From NCBI GenBank assembly GCA_951406725.2, contig OX597815.1, positions 7,564,001 through 7,628,000 on the forward strand: a stretch of DNA of 64,000 bases, read 5' to 3'. The position numbers were made by a program, and so were the translations under genes. Numbering within the stretch: position 1 is the stretch's first letter; every line of letters starts with the position of its first letter. The DNA is from Octopus vulgaris. Taxonomy: Eukaryota. Under the pieces are notes generated by a model. The model ran no database searches, was not told the origin of the DNA, and worked only from the letters and a program-made list of their open reading frames with translations. Below, piece by piece: positions 42,189 through 56,008 of the stretch.

Positions 42189-43961
42189 TCATACTCTGGT
42201 TCCCACATTTTTGGGAACAAGTTTTTGCCCTCGTGTCTTCATCAAAAACACAGGCGCCTGTTGGTAATTTCCGTGGTATATATGTTTCCGACGTGAAAAA
42301 CGGCTGGAAAAGAAATTTTTCCACGAGTTCACTGTTTTGTAACTCCATACCCACATTCCACTGGTAATTCCAACGATTAAAGACATGAAAATTTTCAACA
42401 TATACACCTCGATAGTCGGTATAGAGTGTGACAGAGAGCAATCTTTTTCGCCGTTCCGATTGCTTCGGCACCGGCGACGCATTGCTTCTGTTTTCCAATT
42501 GTCGAAGTTAATCCTTTCGTAAAAGTAACATCCTATAACACAAGTCGCCGGCAGTGTATACAGAACCGAGAATATACCAATTTTGGCCATCAGTTTTTCG
42601 AGTTTGCGAATGTTTGTACCGTCTTGTTTCAAATTTCGCCGTATTTTGAACATGGCAAAGAAACCGGCAAATATAAAGATCGTTCCAATGATAAGATATA
42701 TGAGTAAAGGAGTGATAACAAATCCCGTCAGGGCGACGATGTCTTGGTTACCTACAAAGCAAAGTCCTGTTAATTCATCTCCGTCAACCCGGCGCATTGT
42801 CAGAATTATAATGGTTTTCACGGCCGGAATCGCCCAAGCGGCCACATGGAAATAGCTACTAAGTGATTCAATAGCTTCCTGGACCCATTTGCGTCCAGCA
42901 GCCAAAAACCACGTAAGGGTCAGTATCACCCACCATATGGCACTGGCCATACCGAAATAGTAAAGTATTAGAAATACTATAATACACCAAGTACTTTCGA
43001 GTCCTTCTTGTATCAAGAATTCAGTGCCGTCTCGAAGACGGTCACACGATATAGAATTAGGTCCAGTAATACCTCGAATCATATAAGCTCCAGAATAGAT
43101 AGCGTAACACATGGACAGAAAAATGATCGGCCTTTCAGGGTACTTAAAACGTGATGTATCAATTGCAAAGGTTAGAACGGTGATGGTGGTTGAAATGCAG
43201 CAAAAGGTTGCCCATACAAGGAGCCAGATCTTCGCAAATCTTTTATCTTCTTGTTTGAAGTAAACATCAATATTACAGCGTGGGGCGCAAGAGTAATTGT
43301 GACCCCCATGTTTGTCAACGTAGACAAACCGGTCTGGACACAGAGTGTGTGTAGAACCGATGTCGCGGTTATGGCCATACTGTCCTCCAAAATGTAATCT
43401 CCTGTTGTGGCCGTCATGTGTTTTATCCTTGAATGACTGGACAATATTCCACCACTCGGCGTTGACAGTCTCTGGTTGCATGTCGGGTTCGTCTGTGACA
43501 TTTGGGGCTTCCATACAAAGGTGTTTTTTATTGGAGTGCTCGGGAAGCTGTTGACAATCAAGCGATGCTGGCCAGGTGAACATCAAATTCTTGAGGACAG
43601 GTTCGCACTTAGATTTTACTTCCAAACACATCGATCTGCAAGCGGACACCACTAGGACAGCGTTGACCATTTCTGTACACATTGGAGCGTAGAAAGAACA
43701 CAGGAAAAAGCGAAGTAACTTGGAACAACCTAGTTCTACTAACGGTAGGAACTCGTGCACTTGGATAGCCGCATCTTTTTGGTTGATCTGGCCAAGCAAG
43801 TTGGGCATTTTCGTCATGTTGTACCGCATGTTCATACACATGGGTATAGTAATCCGTTCACATCGCTCGTGCTGGCGGTCAGAGGTCGAAGTAAAACCGG
43901 TCACCAGATCCTGGCCCACCACTGACAACAACACGATCAAAACGCACGATGACCAATTCAT
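42189..43961 (-). CDS. FZD10: Frizzled-9/10 Wnt receptor, single coding exon, 590 aa from the first ATG
   Basis: Signal peptide (MNWSSCVLIVLLSVVG), Frizzled CRD (CERITIPMC...FFLCSFYAPMCTE...CRSMC...CEPVL...WP..LDC), 7TM motifs (YPERPIIFLSMCY, IQEGLES, YYFGMASAIWWVILTLTWFLAAG, RRVDGDELTGLC, KLEKLMAKIGIFSVLY), KTxxxW (KTVNSW) and a C-terminal PDZ ligand (TRV). The 9/10 subfamily call is from recalled motif similarity. The track ORF starts at a non-ATG codon 63 nt upstream. Confidence 0.95.
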   Translation of the reverse strand: MNWSSCVLIVLLSVVGQDLVTGFTSTSDRQHERCERITIPMCMNMRYNMTKMPNLLGQINQKDAAIQVHEFLPLVELGCSKLLRFFLCSFYAPMCTEMVNAVLVVSACRSMCLEVKSKCEPVLKNLMFTWPASLDCQQLPEHSNKKHLCMEAPNVTDEPDMQPETVNAEWWNIVQSFKDKTHDGHNRRLHFGGQYGHNRDIGSTHTLCPDRFVYVDKHGGHNYSCAPRCNIDVYFKQEDKRFAKIWLLVWATFCCISTTITVLTFAIDTSRFKYPERPIIFLSMCYAIYSGAYMIRGITGPNSISCDRLRDGTEFLIQEGLESTWCIIVFLILYYFGMASAIWWVILTLTWFLAAGRKWVQEAIESLSSYFHVAAWAIPAVKTIIILTMRRVDGDELTGLCFVGNQDIVALTGFVITPLLIYLIIGTIFIFAGFFAMFKIRRNLKQDGTNIRKLEKLMAKIGIFSVLYTLPATCVIGCYFYERINFDNWKTEAMRRRCRSNRNGEKDCSLSHSIPTIEVYMLKIFMSLIVGITSGMWVWSYKTVNSWKNFFSSRFSRRKHIYHGNYQQAPVFLMKTRGQKLVPKNVGTRV

Positions 43962-44696
43962 ATCGACAACAAAGCAACTCCGCGGTATTGACGCTGTTGT
44001 TGTTGATGTTGTTGTTACAAACAATGGTTAGAGGGACGAGGCTGGGTCTCTATATAGTGGTGAGTGTTGTTGTTATTGTTGTTGTTGTTATATAGATGTC
44101 CGTTCTGCTAGAGTCCATTGTCGTTGTTCCATTCCTCAACGCTACGACAGACAAACTGCTCAACAGCGAAAACAGCCCGAGAATAAAAACAACCGACAGA
44201 ACAAGAGGTAAGGAGAGAGACACAGAGAGAAGGAGAGAGGGAGAGTGAGTGAGTGAGTGACTGTGTTCAGTTAGAGAGAGAGAGAGAGAGAGAGTAAGTG
44301 TGTATGTGCGCGTGTGTGTGTGTCAGTGTCTCTCAGTGTGTGAGTGTGAGTGAGAGAGGAATGTATGAGGAGTGTAGAGCGAAATATGGAGGAAGAAACG
44401 TAACACTGTGTCTATGTGAAAGTGTGTGCGTACGTCTCTACGTCGCCTCCCACTTCTCTCTCTTTCTATCTACATCTATCCGTGCGTGCGTGCGTGTGTG
44501 TGTGTTACGCACACTTGCTCTCTTCATACGTATACACAAACACATATATACATACATAACACACACACACATACGTATACACACATACACGTGTCGTTCA
44601 TGTGTTTGTGTGTTCGTATCTATCCCTTGCCATAGTATTTCTTCTCTTTCCCTCTTACTATCAAAGCTCTCTACGCTTGTTCGTCTCTTCTCTACG

Positions 44697-44795
<99 letters not shown>

Positions 44796-44924
44796 CTATA
44801 TGTGTTTGTGTGTGCGCAGTGTGCCTATACTACTTATATGTGTATGTATTTGTGTGTGTGTGTGTGTATTTGTGAATGAACGGCGAAAGTCAGGACACCT
44901 TGGTTGGTTGTGGTGATAGTTACA

Positions 44925-44962
44925 CCGCCGCCACCACCACCACCACCACCACTACTACTACA

Positions 44963-45010
<48 letters not shown>

Positions 45011-45029
45011 ACTACTACTACTACTACTG

Positions 45030-45096
<67 letters not shown>

Positions 45097-45485
45097 ATAT
45101 CCTTGATACTAGAAATAAACTAGTAGTTGTAGAAATAGTTGTATTGGTGATAGTAGTATTAGTATTAGTAGAAGTATTAGTAGTAGTTGTAGTGTTGTCA
45201 TTAGTGTCGTGGTGCTAGTTGACGTTACAATTACTATAAGTAGTTTATATAGTAATGGTGGTTACGTTAGCAGTAACTATTGCTTGTGTAGTAGTAGTTG
45301 TTGTAGTATCAATAGTGGTATCAGTAGTAGTTGTAGTAGTAATAGTTTCGGTTGTAGTAACTGTTGTGGTGGTGGTGGTAGTTAGTTTGCCAGTTGTAAC
45401 TCAAAGGAAGGGTGTGTCACTCCACTACAACCCTAACAGCAAGCCACCATTAACACTTGCACCTATACTACTACTACTACTACTT

Positions 45486-45517
<32 letters not shown>

Positions 45518-46135
45518 ACTACTACTACTACTTCTACTACTACTACTACTACTACTAATACTACTACTACTACTAAGTGCGCTATCACTTCACTACTACC
45601 ACTTTAGTGCAACACCACCACTCACTACAGCACTTACTAGGATGCTACTACTACCACCACCTATATATACTATATACTACCACCTATACATACTATTGCA
45701 CCAGCATTTCTATCACATACCTGCTACCACACAACCGCTGTTACTTATACTACTACTCATACAACTACTACACTACCTATACTTTAGCACCAACACTACA
45801 ACATATACTGTACCATCACCATCACCGTTGTCACATACTACCGCCTAGACATCCACCCATAGCAGCCAAACCTTCCTCAACCCAGAACCCCACACTGTGA
45901 TGTTAAGAATCTTAGATAACTTGTAAGACGGGAGGTTCATGGTTGGGTTTGTCTTTGAAGCAATGATCATAGAGATCTTACCAGATTGAGGTCGACTCGG
46001 GGCTAAACAACACCACCAGGCACCAGCACAAACAGCAGGAGTAGCAGCATCACCACCACCTCCCCCACCATCGTCATCATCACCATCGTCATCATCACCA
46101 TCATCATCATCATCATCATCACCATAATCATCACC

Positions 46136-46234
<99 letters not shown>

Positions 46235-46371
46235 GTCATCATCATCGTCATCATCATCATCATCATCACCATCATCATAATCATTATAGTCAGCACCATC
46301 ATCATCATCATCACCATCATCATCATCACCACCATCATCACCATCATCATCATCACCACCATCATCACCAC

Positions 46372-46425
<54 letters not shown>

Positions 46426-47018
46426 CGTCATCATCATCTGTTTGCCTTTGAGTTTTAACTTTTGAATTTGAAAGAGTGGGTAAATTATTTCAAAAAGCCT
46501 AACCATTACCTACCAACTTGACCACGACCACCACCACCAACCAACCACCACCACCACTACCTTATAAACCCTCCTTGTAACTTGTACATCAGAAGTGACT
46601 ATCAGGAACGACATGAACATCATTACATCACTTAGCTTCTATGTAAAACGCATTTAGTAGTAATAGTAGTAGTAGTGGTGGTGGCGGTAGTGGTAGTAGT
46701 AGTAGTAGTAGTAGCGGTGGTAGTAGTAGCAGTAGTGGTGGTTGTGGTGGTTGTTGGTTGTGGTTTTGGTGATGGTAGTAGTAGTAGTAGTGGTGGTGGT
46801 GGTGGTGGCTGTGTGGATTGTAGTAACTGTAATGTGTGGGTGGTAGTGTGGGTGGTAGTTTGGGTTGTAGTGTTGGGATTAGCTGTGGTCTTGCTGCTGC
46901 TGATGATGATGATAATGGTGAGGGTGGGGGGAATCGTTGGTGGTCATGGTAGCAGTGGTTTTGGTGGTAGTAGTAATAATACTCGTGATGGCGGTGGTGG
47001 TGATGTTAGCAACCGCAT

Positions 47019-47055
<37 letters not shown>

Positions 47056-47100
47056 AGTAGCTGTAGTGGTGGTGGTGGTGGTGGTGGTGGTGGTGGGATG
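44925..47100. repeat. ~2.2-kb block of trinucleotide tracts upstream of Frizzled
   Basis: (CAC/CTA)n about 44930-45096, TAG-rich about 45120-45385, (CTA/CTG)n about 45465-45850, (CAT/CAC)n about 46030-46440, (TAG/TGG)n about 46655-47100. Confidence 0.9.
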
Positions 47101-47172
47101 AGAAAGACAAAGTGGTAATAAAGAGGCAGAGAGGGAGGGGAAAACAAAAGAGAAAGGCAAAGAGAGGGAAAA

Positions 47173-47203
<31 letters not shown>

Positions 47204-47774
47204 AAAGAAAAGAAAAAAGAGTGGAGAAGAACGAAGGGGAGGGGGAGAGAAAGAGAGAAGGCAGTGGTTCCTTTGAAGTCTACCGACAAGTAGTGAATGT
47301 GAGGTGAGGTGAGGTGAGGGGAGAGTAATTGCGTAGGGCGAGAGAGAGAGACAGAGAGAGAGGGGGGAAGTAGCAGAGGACAGTGACGTGGGGGAAAGGG
47401 AAGGGGAAGGGGAAGGCAGACGTTAAGAACAACAACATGAAAAGATTGTGTTCATCCCACCCACCCTCCCGTCCACCCACCCGTCCACCCACTACGCACC
47501 TTGGCCCCGTGAGGGTAGATATTTACCATACGTACACTAGACATACATACACACACATACATAGAAGAAGCACACAGACGTACTAACGTATAGAGTGAAC
47601 GCACAAAGTTGCTACACACATATACATAACATACATACATACATAGTAATACTGTGTGTGTTAGTGTGAGCGTGTATATATATATATACACATTTATTAA
47701 AAGCATGCGTGTTCATATATATACAGATAGCTTACACAGAGTAACACGCGTGGTGTATATAGGCACAAACAAAC

Positions 47775-48213
<439 letters not shown>

Positions 48214-49481
48214 CGAGTGTGCAACTATCAATTTATCTAGATATATATATACCAACATTCACGTTAATTAGCAGAAGTCAGAGTGACTGCAAGGCCGAGA
48301 GTTTCGTGCTCTGGCACTTACCATACATATCTACACATACACACACACACACACACACGAGGCTGGCTGTGGTTTAACCCAAGGGCAGTACTGATCGAGA
48401 TGACCCAATGATCAAAGGTTATCTAACCATGACCATCTCATCTAGAACTACAACATTATCAAGCGTATCCTTGCTGCTTCGAAACGGTGGGGTGTGGACA
48501 TGAGGGAAATTTGATGACACTCTCTAGCAAGTCAAACCACTAACACAGATTCCGTCATACATGTGGATGTGTGTGTGTGTGTGTGTGCTTGTACGTATCT
48601 CTTGTTCTTTTACTGGCTTCAGTCATTAGACTGTGGCCATGCTGGGGCACCGCTTTGAACTATTTATTTTAGTCGAATAAATCGACTCTAGTAATTTTTT
48701 TTTTTTTTGATAAGCTTTTTACTAAATCTACCAAATCTCATTCACGAAGCTATGGTCAGCCCGAGGCTAAGGTAGAAAACACTTGTCCAAGGTGCCACAC
48801 AGTGGGACTGAACCTGGAACCATGTGGTTGGGAAGCAAGCTTCTTACCAACCAACACAGCCACGTATGTCTATGTTGGTATATGGCGGTGAGCTGGCAGA
48901 ATCGTTAGCACGCCGGGCGAAATGCGTAGCCGTATTTCGTCTGCTGTTACGTCTGAGTTCAAATTCCGCCGAGGTCGACTTTGCCTTTCATCCTTTCGGG
49001 GTCGATTAAATAAGTACCAGTTACGCACTGGGGTCGATATAATCGACTTAATCCATTTGTCTGTCCTTGTTTGTCCTCTCTGTGTTTAGCCCCTTGTGGG
49101 TAGTAAAGAAATAGGTATATGTGTTGTTGATGTACTGATGTTATAGAACACCTTACAATTCGATACCATTATTATTTCACGCTGTATTTCTTTTCTACTC
49201 TGGGCACAAGGTCCGAAATTTTTGGGAAGGGGGCCAGTCGATTAGGTCGACCCAAGTACGTAACTGGTACTTAATCTATCGACCCCGAAAGGATGAAAGG
49301 CAAAGTCGACCTCGGCGGAATTTGAACTCAGAACGTAAAGACAGGCGAAATACCGTTAAGCACGCCACCTTTTCATGCTGTATACCAGTTTTTCCAATTT
49401 TTCTTGAGAACATTTCTTAGTGGTAAGACCATAGCGGATCTATTTCTAGCATAAGGGTGTCCACATAGTGGTTTCCCTCTA

Positions 49482-49513
<32 letters not shown>

Positions 49514-50072
49514 TTCTTTACTACCCACAAGGGGTTAAACATAGAGGGAACAAACAAGGACAGACAAAGGGATTCAGTCGATTACATCGACCCCAGTGCG
49601 TAACTGGTACTTAATCTATCGACCCCGAAAGGATGAAAGGCAAAGTCGACCTCGGCGGAATTTGAACTCAGAACGTAAAGACAGGCGAAATACCGCTAAG
49701 CACGCCACCTTTTCATGCTGTATACCAGTGCTCAACCTCGGGCCTTATGACCCTGAGGTGTCCACGTGACCCTTGTGCAGGTGTGTGCGGGGTCCCTATA
49801 TGATTTTGCTGTTAAAATTAATGTGCAATAAACAGGTTTTATGCTGCTTACAATACGTTTTAACCATTTCAACAAAATACAGTTCCTAATATTTTCCTTT
49901 TGTTTCAGTTATTTGACTGCGGCCATGCTGGAGCACCGCCTTGTAGTCGAAGAAATCGAACCCAGGACTTATTCTTTGTAAGCCTAGTACTTATTCTACC
50001 GGCCTCTTTTACACCGCTAAGTTACGAGGACATAAACACACCAACATCTGTTGTCAAGTGATGGTGAGGTGA

Positions 50073-50112
<40 letters not shown>

Positions 50113-50754
50113 TACATATACATATATATATATATATATATATGGAGAGAGAGAGAGAGAGAAAGAGAGAGCGGATCTATTTTTAGCGCAAGAGTCGACC
50201 ACATAGTGGACACTCACTTATATTTGTATATATATATATTTATATATATGAGACGGGCTTCTTTCAGTTTCCGTCTACCAAATCCACTCACAAGGCTTTG
50301 GTCGGCCCGAGGCTATAGCAGAAGACAATTTCGCAAGGTGCCACGCAGTGGGACTGAACCCAGAACCATGTGGTTGGTAAGCAAGCTTCTTACCACACGG
50401 CCATGCCTATCGAATTGTTCAACTGTCCATCCGGGTAAAGGAGGAATCCGTGTGGCTCAGAGGTAAAACAAAATTGGTTGAGAAGCACTTCTCGATACCA
50501 ACACGTGTAGTACACCTTCCTTCTACAACGTGTCGTGTGGTTGTTTAACCCCAGGAGTGGCCGCATCTAACAGCCTTTGATCGATGCCATGTAGCAGCCA
50601 TGGAAAAATGATCTTGTTTTGTATTTTCGTTTTACTTGTTATGCTTAGCGTTCTCAACGACACCCACCCCACCACATGGAAGATATGACTGCTATTTCTA
50701 GCATTTCGAAAGCCTCGTAGATGCTCTCTCGTTTGCACAGCGTGCAGTTTTGTG

Positions 50755-50776
50755 TACATACATACGCACATACAAA

Positions 50777-50810
<34 letters not shown>

Positions 50811-51190
50811 CATACATACACACATACATACATATATACACACACATACATACATACACACACAAATACATACATACACACATACATACACACACACATA
50901 CATACATACATACACACATACACACACATACATACATACACACACATACATACATACATACACACATACATACACACACACATACATACATACATACACA
51001 TACACACACAGATATACATACATACATTCAAACACATACATATATACATACATACATACATACATACATACATACATACATACATACATACATACACACA
51101 CATACACACACACACACATACATACATACATACATACACATACATACATGCACACATACATACACACACACACACACACATACATACATA
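50755..51190. repeat. (CATA/CA)n microsatellite array
   Basis: Directly visible in the sequence. Confidence 0.95.
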
Positions 51191-51929
51191 GATGTGTGCG
51201 CGTGTGGTAGTGAAGTGTGGGTGTGCAACGATGCGCTAAACATGCACTCACGTATTAGTACGAGTATAAGATGGAAGTGCAAACACACACGCACACACAC
51301 ACACACACACACACGTATAGTTATACTTAATCATAGTGTCGATATAAACACACTCATAAAAAAGAACAACGCTCACACACATACATACACACGTTGGAAT
51401 AGCATCGCTGCGCACACACACATAGCTGAACCTATAAACACATATATAAGTTCTATACAGACATAGTTCACACATACATACATACACACATACATACTGA
51501 AAATCACACACACACACACACACACACGCACGCACACACACACGCACACTCGCATGCAGTGACCACGTACAGTTTTCTTAGCATGATTTTGAAGGGTGAT
51601 CAGAAGGATGAGGCGTGGCTTTCCTAACCTCTGATGTTTGCCGCCATTTTATTAAAGTATCTGTCAATCAACTATGATTGATGCTCATATGACCCCCCGA
51701 TAACCACGCCTACTGCGCTTCTCCAAAGTGTCTTATCTCTTTGCTGGCCTCTTCTGGTGTTTGCGTGTTCGTGTGTGTAGATGTGTGTGTGTGTGTGTGT
51801 GTGTGTATTTGTGTGTGTGTGTGTGTGTTGTGTGTGTGTGTGTGTGTTGTGTTTATGTTATGTTCTCAAAGGAAAAATAAACATATTCGCATAGACGAAT
51901 ACAATTTTATTTATAGCTAATAGTGTGTG

Positions 51930-51986
<57 letters not shown>

Positions 51987-52096
51987 ATGTAGTATGCTCG
52001 TACGTGTGTGTGTGTGTTAATCCGTGATTATCTATATCTCTAATAGCTATCGCTCGATCGATAAGTGTGTATGTCTATTTATCTGACACAACGAAC

Positions 52097-52166
<70 letters not shown>

Positions 52167-52526
52167 TTGTCTATCTATTTTATCTTTTACTTGTTTCAGT
52201 CATTGGACTGCGGCCATGCTGGGGCACTGCTTTTAGGAATTTCGTCGAAACAAATCGATGCCAGCACTTATTTTAAAACCTACTACTCATCCTATCGGTT
52301 TCTTTTGCCGAACTGCTAACTTACGGAGGACGTAAACAAACCAACATCAACTGTCAAGCGGTGATTTGGGACAAACTTAAACACAATAACACACATATAG
52401 ATACATGCATACATACATACATACATACATACATACATACATACATACATACATACATACATACATACATACATACATACATACATGCATATACATGTGT
52501 ATGCATCTATGTATGTGTCTGTATGT

Positions 52527-53104
52527 CACTATTCAGTTTATTTCAAGATTTATTGCCAATAGAGGCGGAACCGGTTTCTAAACTAGACACAAGTCTCCTT
52601 CACCGGAATTTCAACATCAACAACAGGGTATTATTGTATGTATGTATGTATGTATGTATGTATGTATGTATGTATGTATGTATGTTTGTATGTTTGTATG
52701 TATGTATGTATGTATGTATGTATGTATGTATGTTTTATGTATGTATTCTCATGCATATAGTTGCATATCTAAACACGCTCATATATATTTAAATGATAAA
52801 CTTCTTGGAAGTTTTACAGATCTTTACAGTTCCAGTGATTGATTGTATCTGTAGTCTTTGAATTAGCTTTCTCCTTTCTGGTTTTCAGAAGACTAATTTC
52901 TCAAGATTGGTATTTAAGCAGTGTGTTACACATCCCAGTGCCCCAATAATTACAGGTATAAACCTGAACTTGTAATCTGGATTAGAATTACTGCAGATTT
53001 CTCAATAGTTCAGCATTGGTGTTCTCTTTTTCACTGCTCTTCAGTTTTATGTGAACATCTACTGGGCAGCTGGTTTCCAGAACTGTGCACATTTCCTCTT
53101 CTCT
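52527..53104 (-). mobile_element. 3' end of an R4/Dong-like RLE retrotransposon (endonuclease C-terminus and 3' UTR)
   Basis: Minus translation WDREEEMCTVLETSCPVDVHIKLKSSEKENTNAELL...PDYKFRFIPVIIGALG...LQIQSITGTVKICK. Two AATAAA on the minus strand (52537-52542, 52549-52554), then degenerate (CATA)n. Confidence 0.75.
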
Positions 53105-54550
53105 ATCCCAGCTATAATTTGGAAGGATGATAGATTTCACACACTTTTGCTCAACCTCTGCAACCACACACTTTTCACCTTTGTCGCTCCAAAGATTTGG
53201 CACCAATCTCAAATCATCCCAATACCCAAAAAGGCGATTTATCCCTCGTCACCAACTACAGGGGTATATCTCTAATGTCAATTGCTGCAAAACTGTACAA
53301 CAAACTGATCCTAAATCGTCTTGTCCTTTTTGTTGAACCTTTGCTCCGAAAGAACCAAAATGGATTCAGACATGGGCGCTCAACGCTGAGCCAGATACTA
53401 TGCCTACGCAGACTTATTGAAGAATCAAAAGCATTTAATCGCGATCTTGCAATGGTATTTGTAGACTTTTCTAAAGCGTTCGATTCTGTAGATAGGTACA
53501 AGATGTTTGAAATTCTTAAGCTCTATGGGATACCAGACAAAATCATTTCTGCCATCAAGGTCCTCTACGCAGATACGTCTTCAACCATCTTAACCCCTGA
53601 CGGAGAAACATCATCTTTCTCAATCAAAGCCGGAATACTGCAGGGAGACAAACTCGCCCCATTTCTTTTCATCATTGTTGTTGATTATGTGCTACGTATG
53701 TCAGTTGATACCATCTCTGGCAAGGGCTTTGAAATAAAACCAAGAAGAAGTTCCAGACACCCAGCTGAGTACTTGACAGACACTGACTTTGCTGACGACA
53801 TCGCTCTTATCAGTGATTCTCTCTCCAATGCCCAGTCTCTTTTACAATCTCTTGAACAAGCCTCAAATTGTGTAGGTCTTTACCTCAATGAGGCCAAAAC
53901 TGAATACATAAACAAGTGCCTGTCCAACAGTGATTGCATCATCCATACTCTCAACAATGCGCCCTTAAATATGGTTTCTGATTATAAATATCTTGGGTCA
54001 TACATATCATCATCTGGAAAAGACTTTCTAACTAGAAAGGGTATGGCCTGGTCAGCCTGTAATGACATGCATAAGATCTGGTCATCAAATCTAAGTAGAG
54101 ACTTCAAACTTGAAATCTTCAAAGCCACAGTCGAACCAATTCTACTATATGGCTCAGAAACCTGGACGTTATCAAAGAAGCTTGAGAGGCGGTTGGATGG
54201 AACCTACACTCGCCTCCTTATGAGAGCTCAAAATCTCTCGTGGAAGCGCCATCCAACCAAAATGCAAATATATGGGAAACTACCACCTGTGTCATCTCTT
54301 GTGAAAGGTAGGAGAGTCCAGTTTGCTGGACATTGTTGTAGAGCTGAAAAGAGGTAATTTCTACTCTTCTCCTCTGGAAGCCATCTACTCGCAATACCAG
54401 AGGGCGCACACTCTCCTACCCTGATGTAATCTCCAGGGATACAGGCATCCAGCAACAGGACCTCCGTAATGCCATGATGGACCGTGAAGTCTGGCGTAGC
54501 ATGGTAAATTCCATTGTCTCGACCACGGTCGAACAATGATGATGATGATG
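53105..54550 (+). mobile_element. 5'-truncated RTE-clade LINE, RT domain largely intact, (GAT)n tail
   Basis: NYRGISL, QNGFR, FVDFSKAFDSV, GILQGD, FADD, YLGS, ILLYGSETW. Frameshifts near 53230 and 54350. Confidence 0.93.
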
Positions 54551-54554
54551 TGTG

Positions 54555-54603
<49 letters not shown>

Positions 54604-55384
54604 CAGGGATATTCCATTCATACTGGTCATCGTTTTTGCTAGAAGAAGATCCATATGGTCTTATATGCTACACCACTGGTTTTCAATTCATATTTAATCA
54701 AATTAATATTCAACGTCATGTATTATACGTAGATAACACCGTGATGACATATTAGAAATTCGTATAAAATTGCATCAATGACTTGAACTTGAATAAGTGG
54801 TTTCACATAAATAGGGATAAATTAAAAAGGTTTGTTGTTAGTATTATTACTGTTTGATTATTGTAATCACTGTTCGTTGGATTCCTCGCCAGGGAAACGT
54901 TGCTTGTGTTGCATTTGTTAAACTGCTTTGTAAACCGTAACCCTCCCTATTTCGGAGATGGGGCTTTGGTTATTGTTTCAAAAGTTCTGCTCATTGTGTC
55001 ATCCTGTCATTGGGGATAATATGTTGCAATATTTTCACCGTCTTTACACATTTATGTATATACATAGCTATATCGGTGCCATTGTAAGATATATCTACCC
55101 ATACACACACCCACAAGATACACACACACACACATACATAGGGGAAACAGGTGTGGCTGTGATGGTAACAAATTACGTTCGAAGATACTGTACTTGATAT
55201 GGGTTTTCCCCCTTTGCCGGTCAATATGGCCTACCTTCAACAAAAAGGCCAACCTCTGTCTTCACATTTGCTAGCGTGAGACATGTTTTAATGTTGATGA
55301 TTCTTTGCATAAAGTTTTAAGTCAGCCGACAATGAGAAAGCTCCTTCCAGAACACAAGTTAAGCTTACAACTCCGTTGTTAATT

Positions 55385-56008
55385 CAGTCCGGGCCAAAAC
55401 TGGTAGGATTTTTTTCCTGGACGCTCCTGGGGGCACTGGGAAAACTTTTGTCAACAAATTAATATTGGCTGAGATTAGGCGAACACAAGGCATTGCCCTA
55501 GCTGTGGCATCATCTGGAATTGCGGCTACTTTGTTGCCAGGCGGCAGGACAGCTCACTCCACTTTCAAGCTTCCGCTTGACTTAGCGAAGACTGAGACAC
55601 CAACTTGCAAGATCAGTAACAGCTCCGATCAGACAGAAGTCTTCAGACGATGCAAGCTTATCGCTTGGGATGAATGCATATGGCCCACAGAGGTGCTCTT
55701 GAGGCACTAGATAGATCTCTCAGAGACATCAAACACTCTTCAGCTCCCATGGGAGGCATAACACTTCTTTCAGGGGACTTCCGACAAACACTTCCCGTTA
55801 TTCCCAAAGGGACTAGAGCTGATGCAGTAAGTGCGTGTCTTAAGTCATCCACATTGTGGCCACTGGTGAAGACTCTCAAACTTCACACCAATATGCGTGC
55901 TCATATGCGACGTAATATTACATCAGCAGCATTTTCTCACACCCTCCTTGCACTTGGCGAAGGCAAAATACCAGGGGATGAAAATGGTAATATTGCCATC
56001 GATTCCAT
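55385..56008 (+). pseudogene. Helitron RepHel PIF1-like helicase fragment
   Basis: Walker A DAPGGTGKT, ASSGIAATLLPGGRTAHSTFKLP, WDE (motif II), GDFRQTLPVI, LHTNMR. Frameshift near 55678. Confidence 0.9.

Noticed and set aside
43962-44024. 21-aa N-terminal extension of the Frizzled ORF in the track
   Set aside because: It starts at a non-ATG codon in low-complexity sequence, and the signal peptide begins at ATG 43961.
44195-44215. Plus-strand AG|GTAAGG as the donor of a Frizzled antisense RNA
   Set aside because: It is a single short motif with no other support.
50523-51466. Long ORFs here and at about 5117, 14641, 25814, 45255 and 46003
   Set aside because: They are translations of microsatellites.
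55385-56008. Host PIF1 helicase gene
   Set aside because: It is intronless, truncated, frameshifted, Helitron-type in sequence and embedded in a transposon nest.
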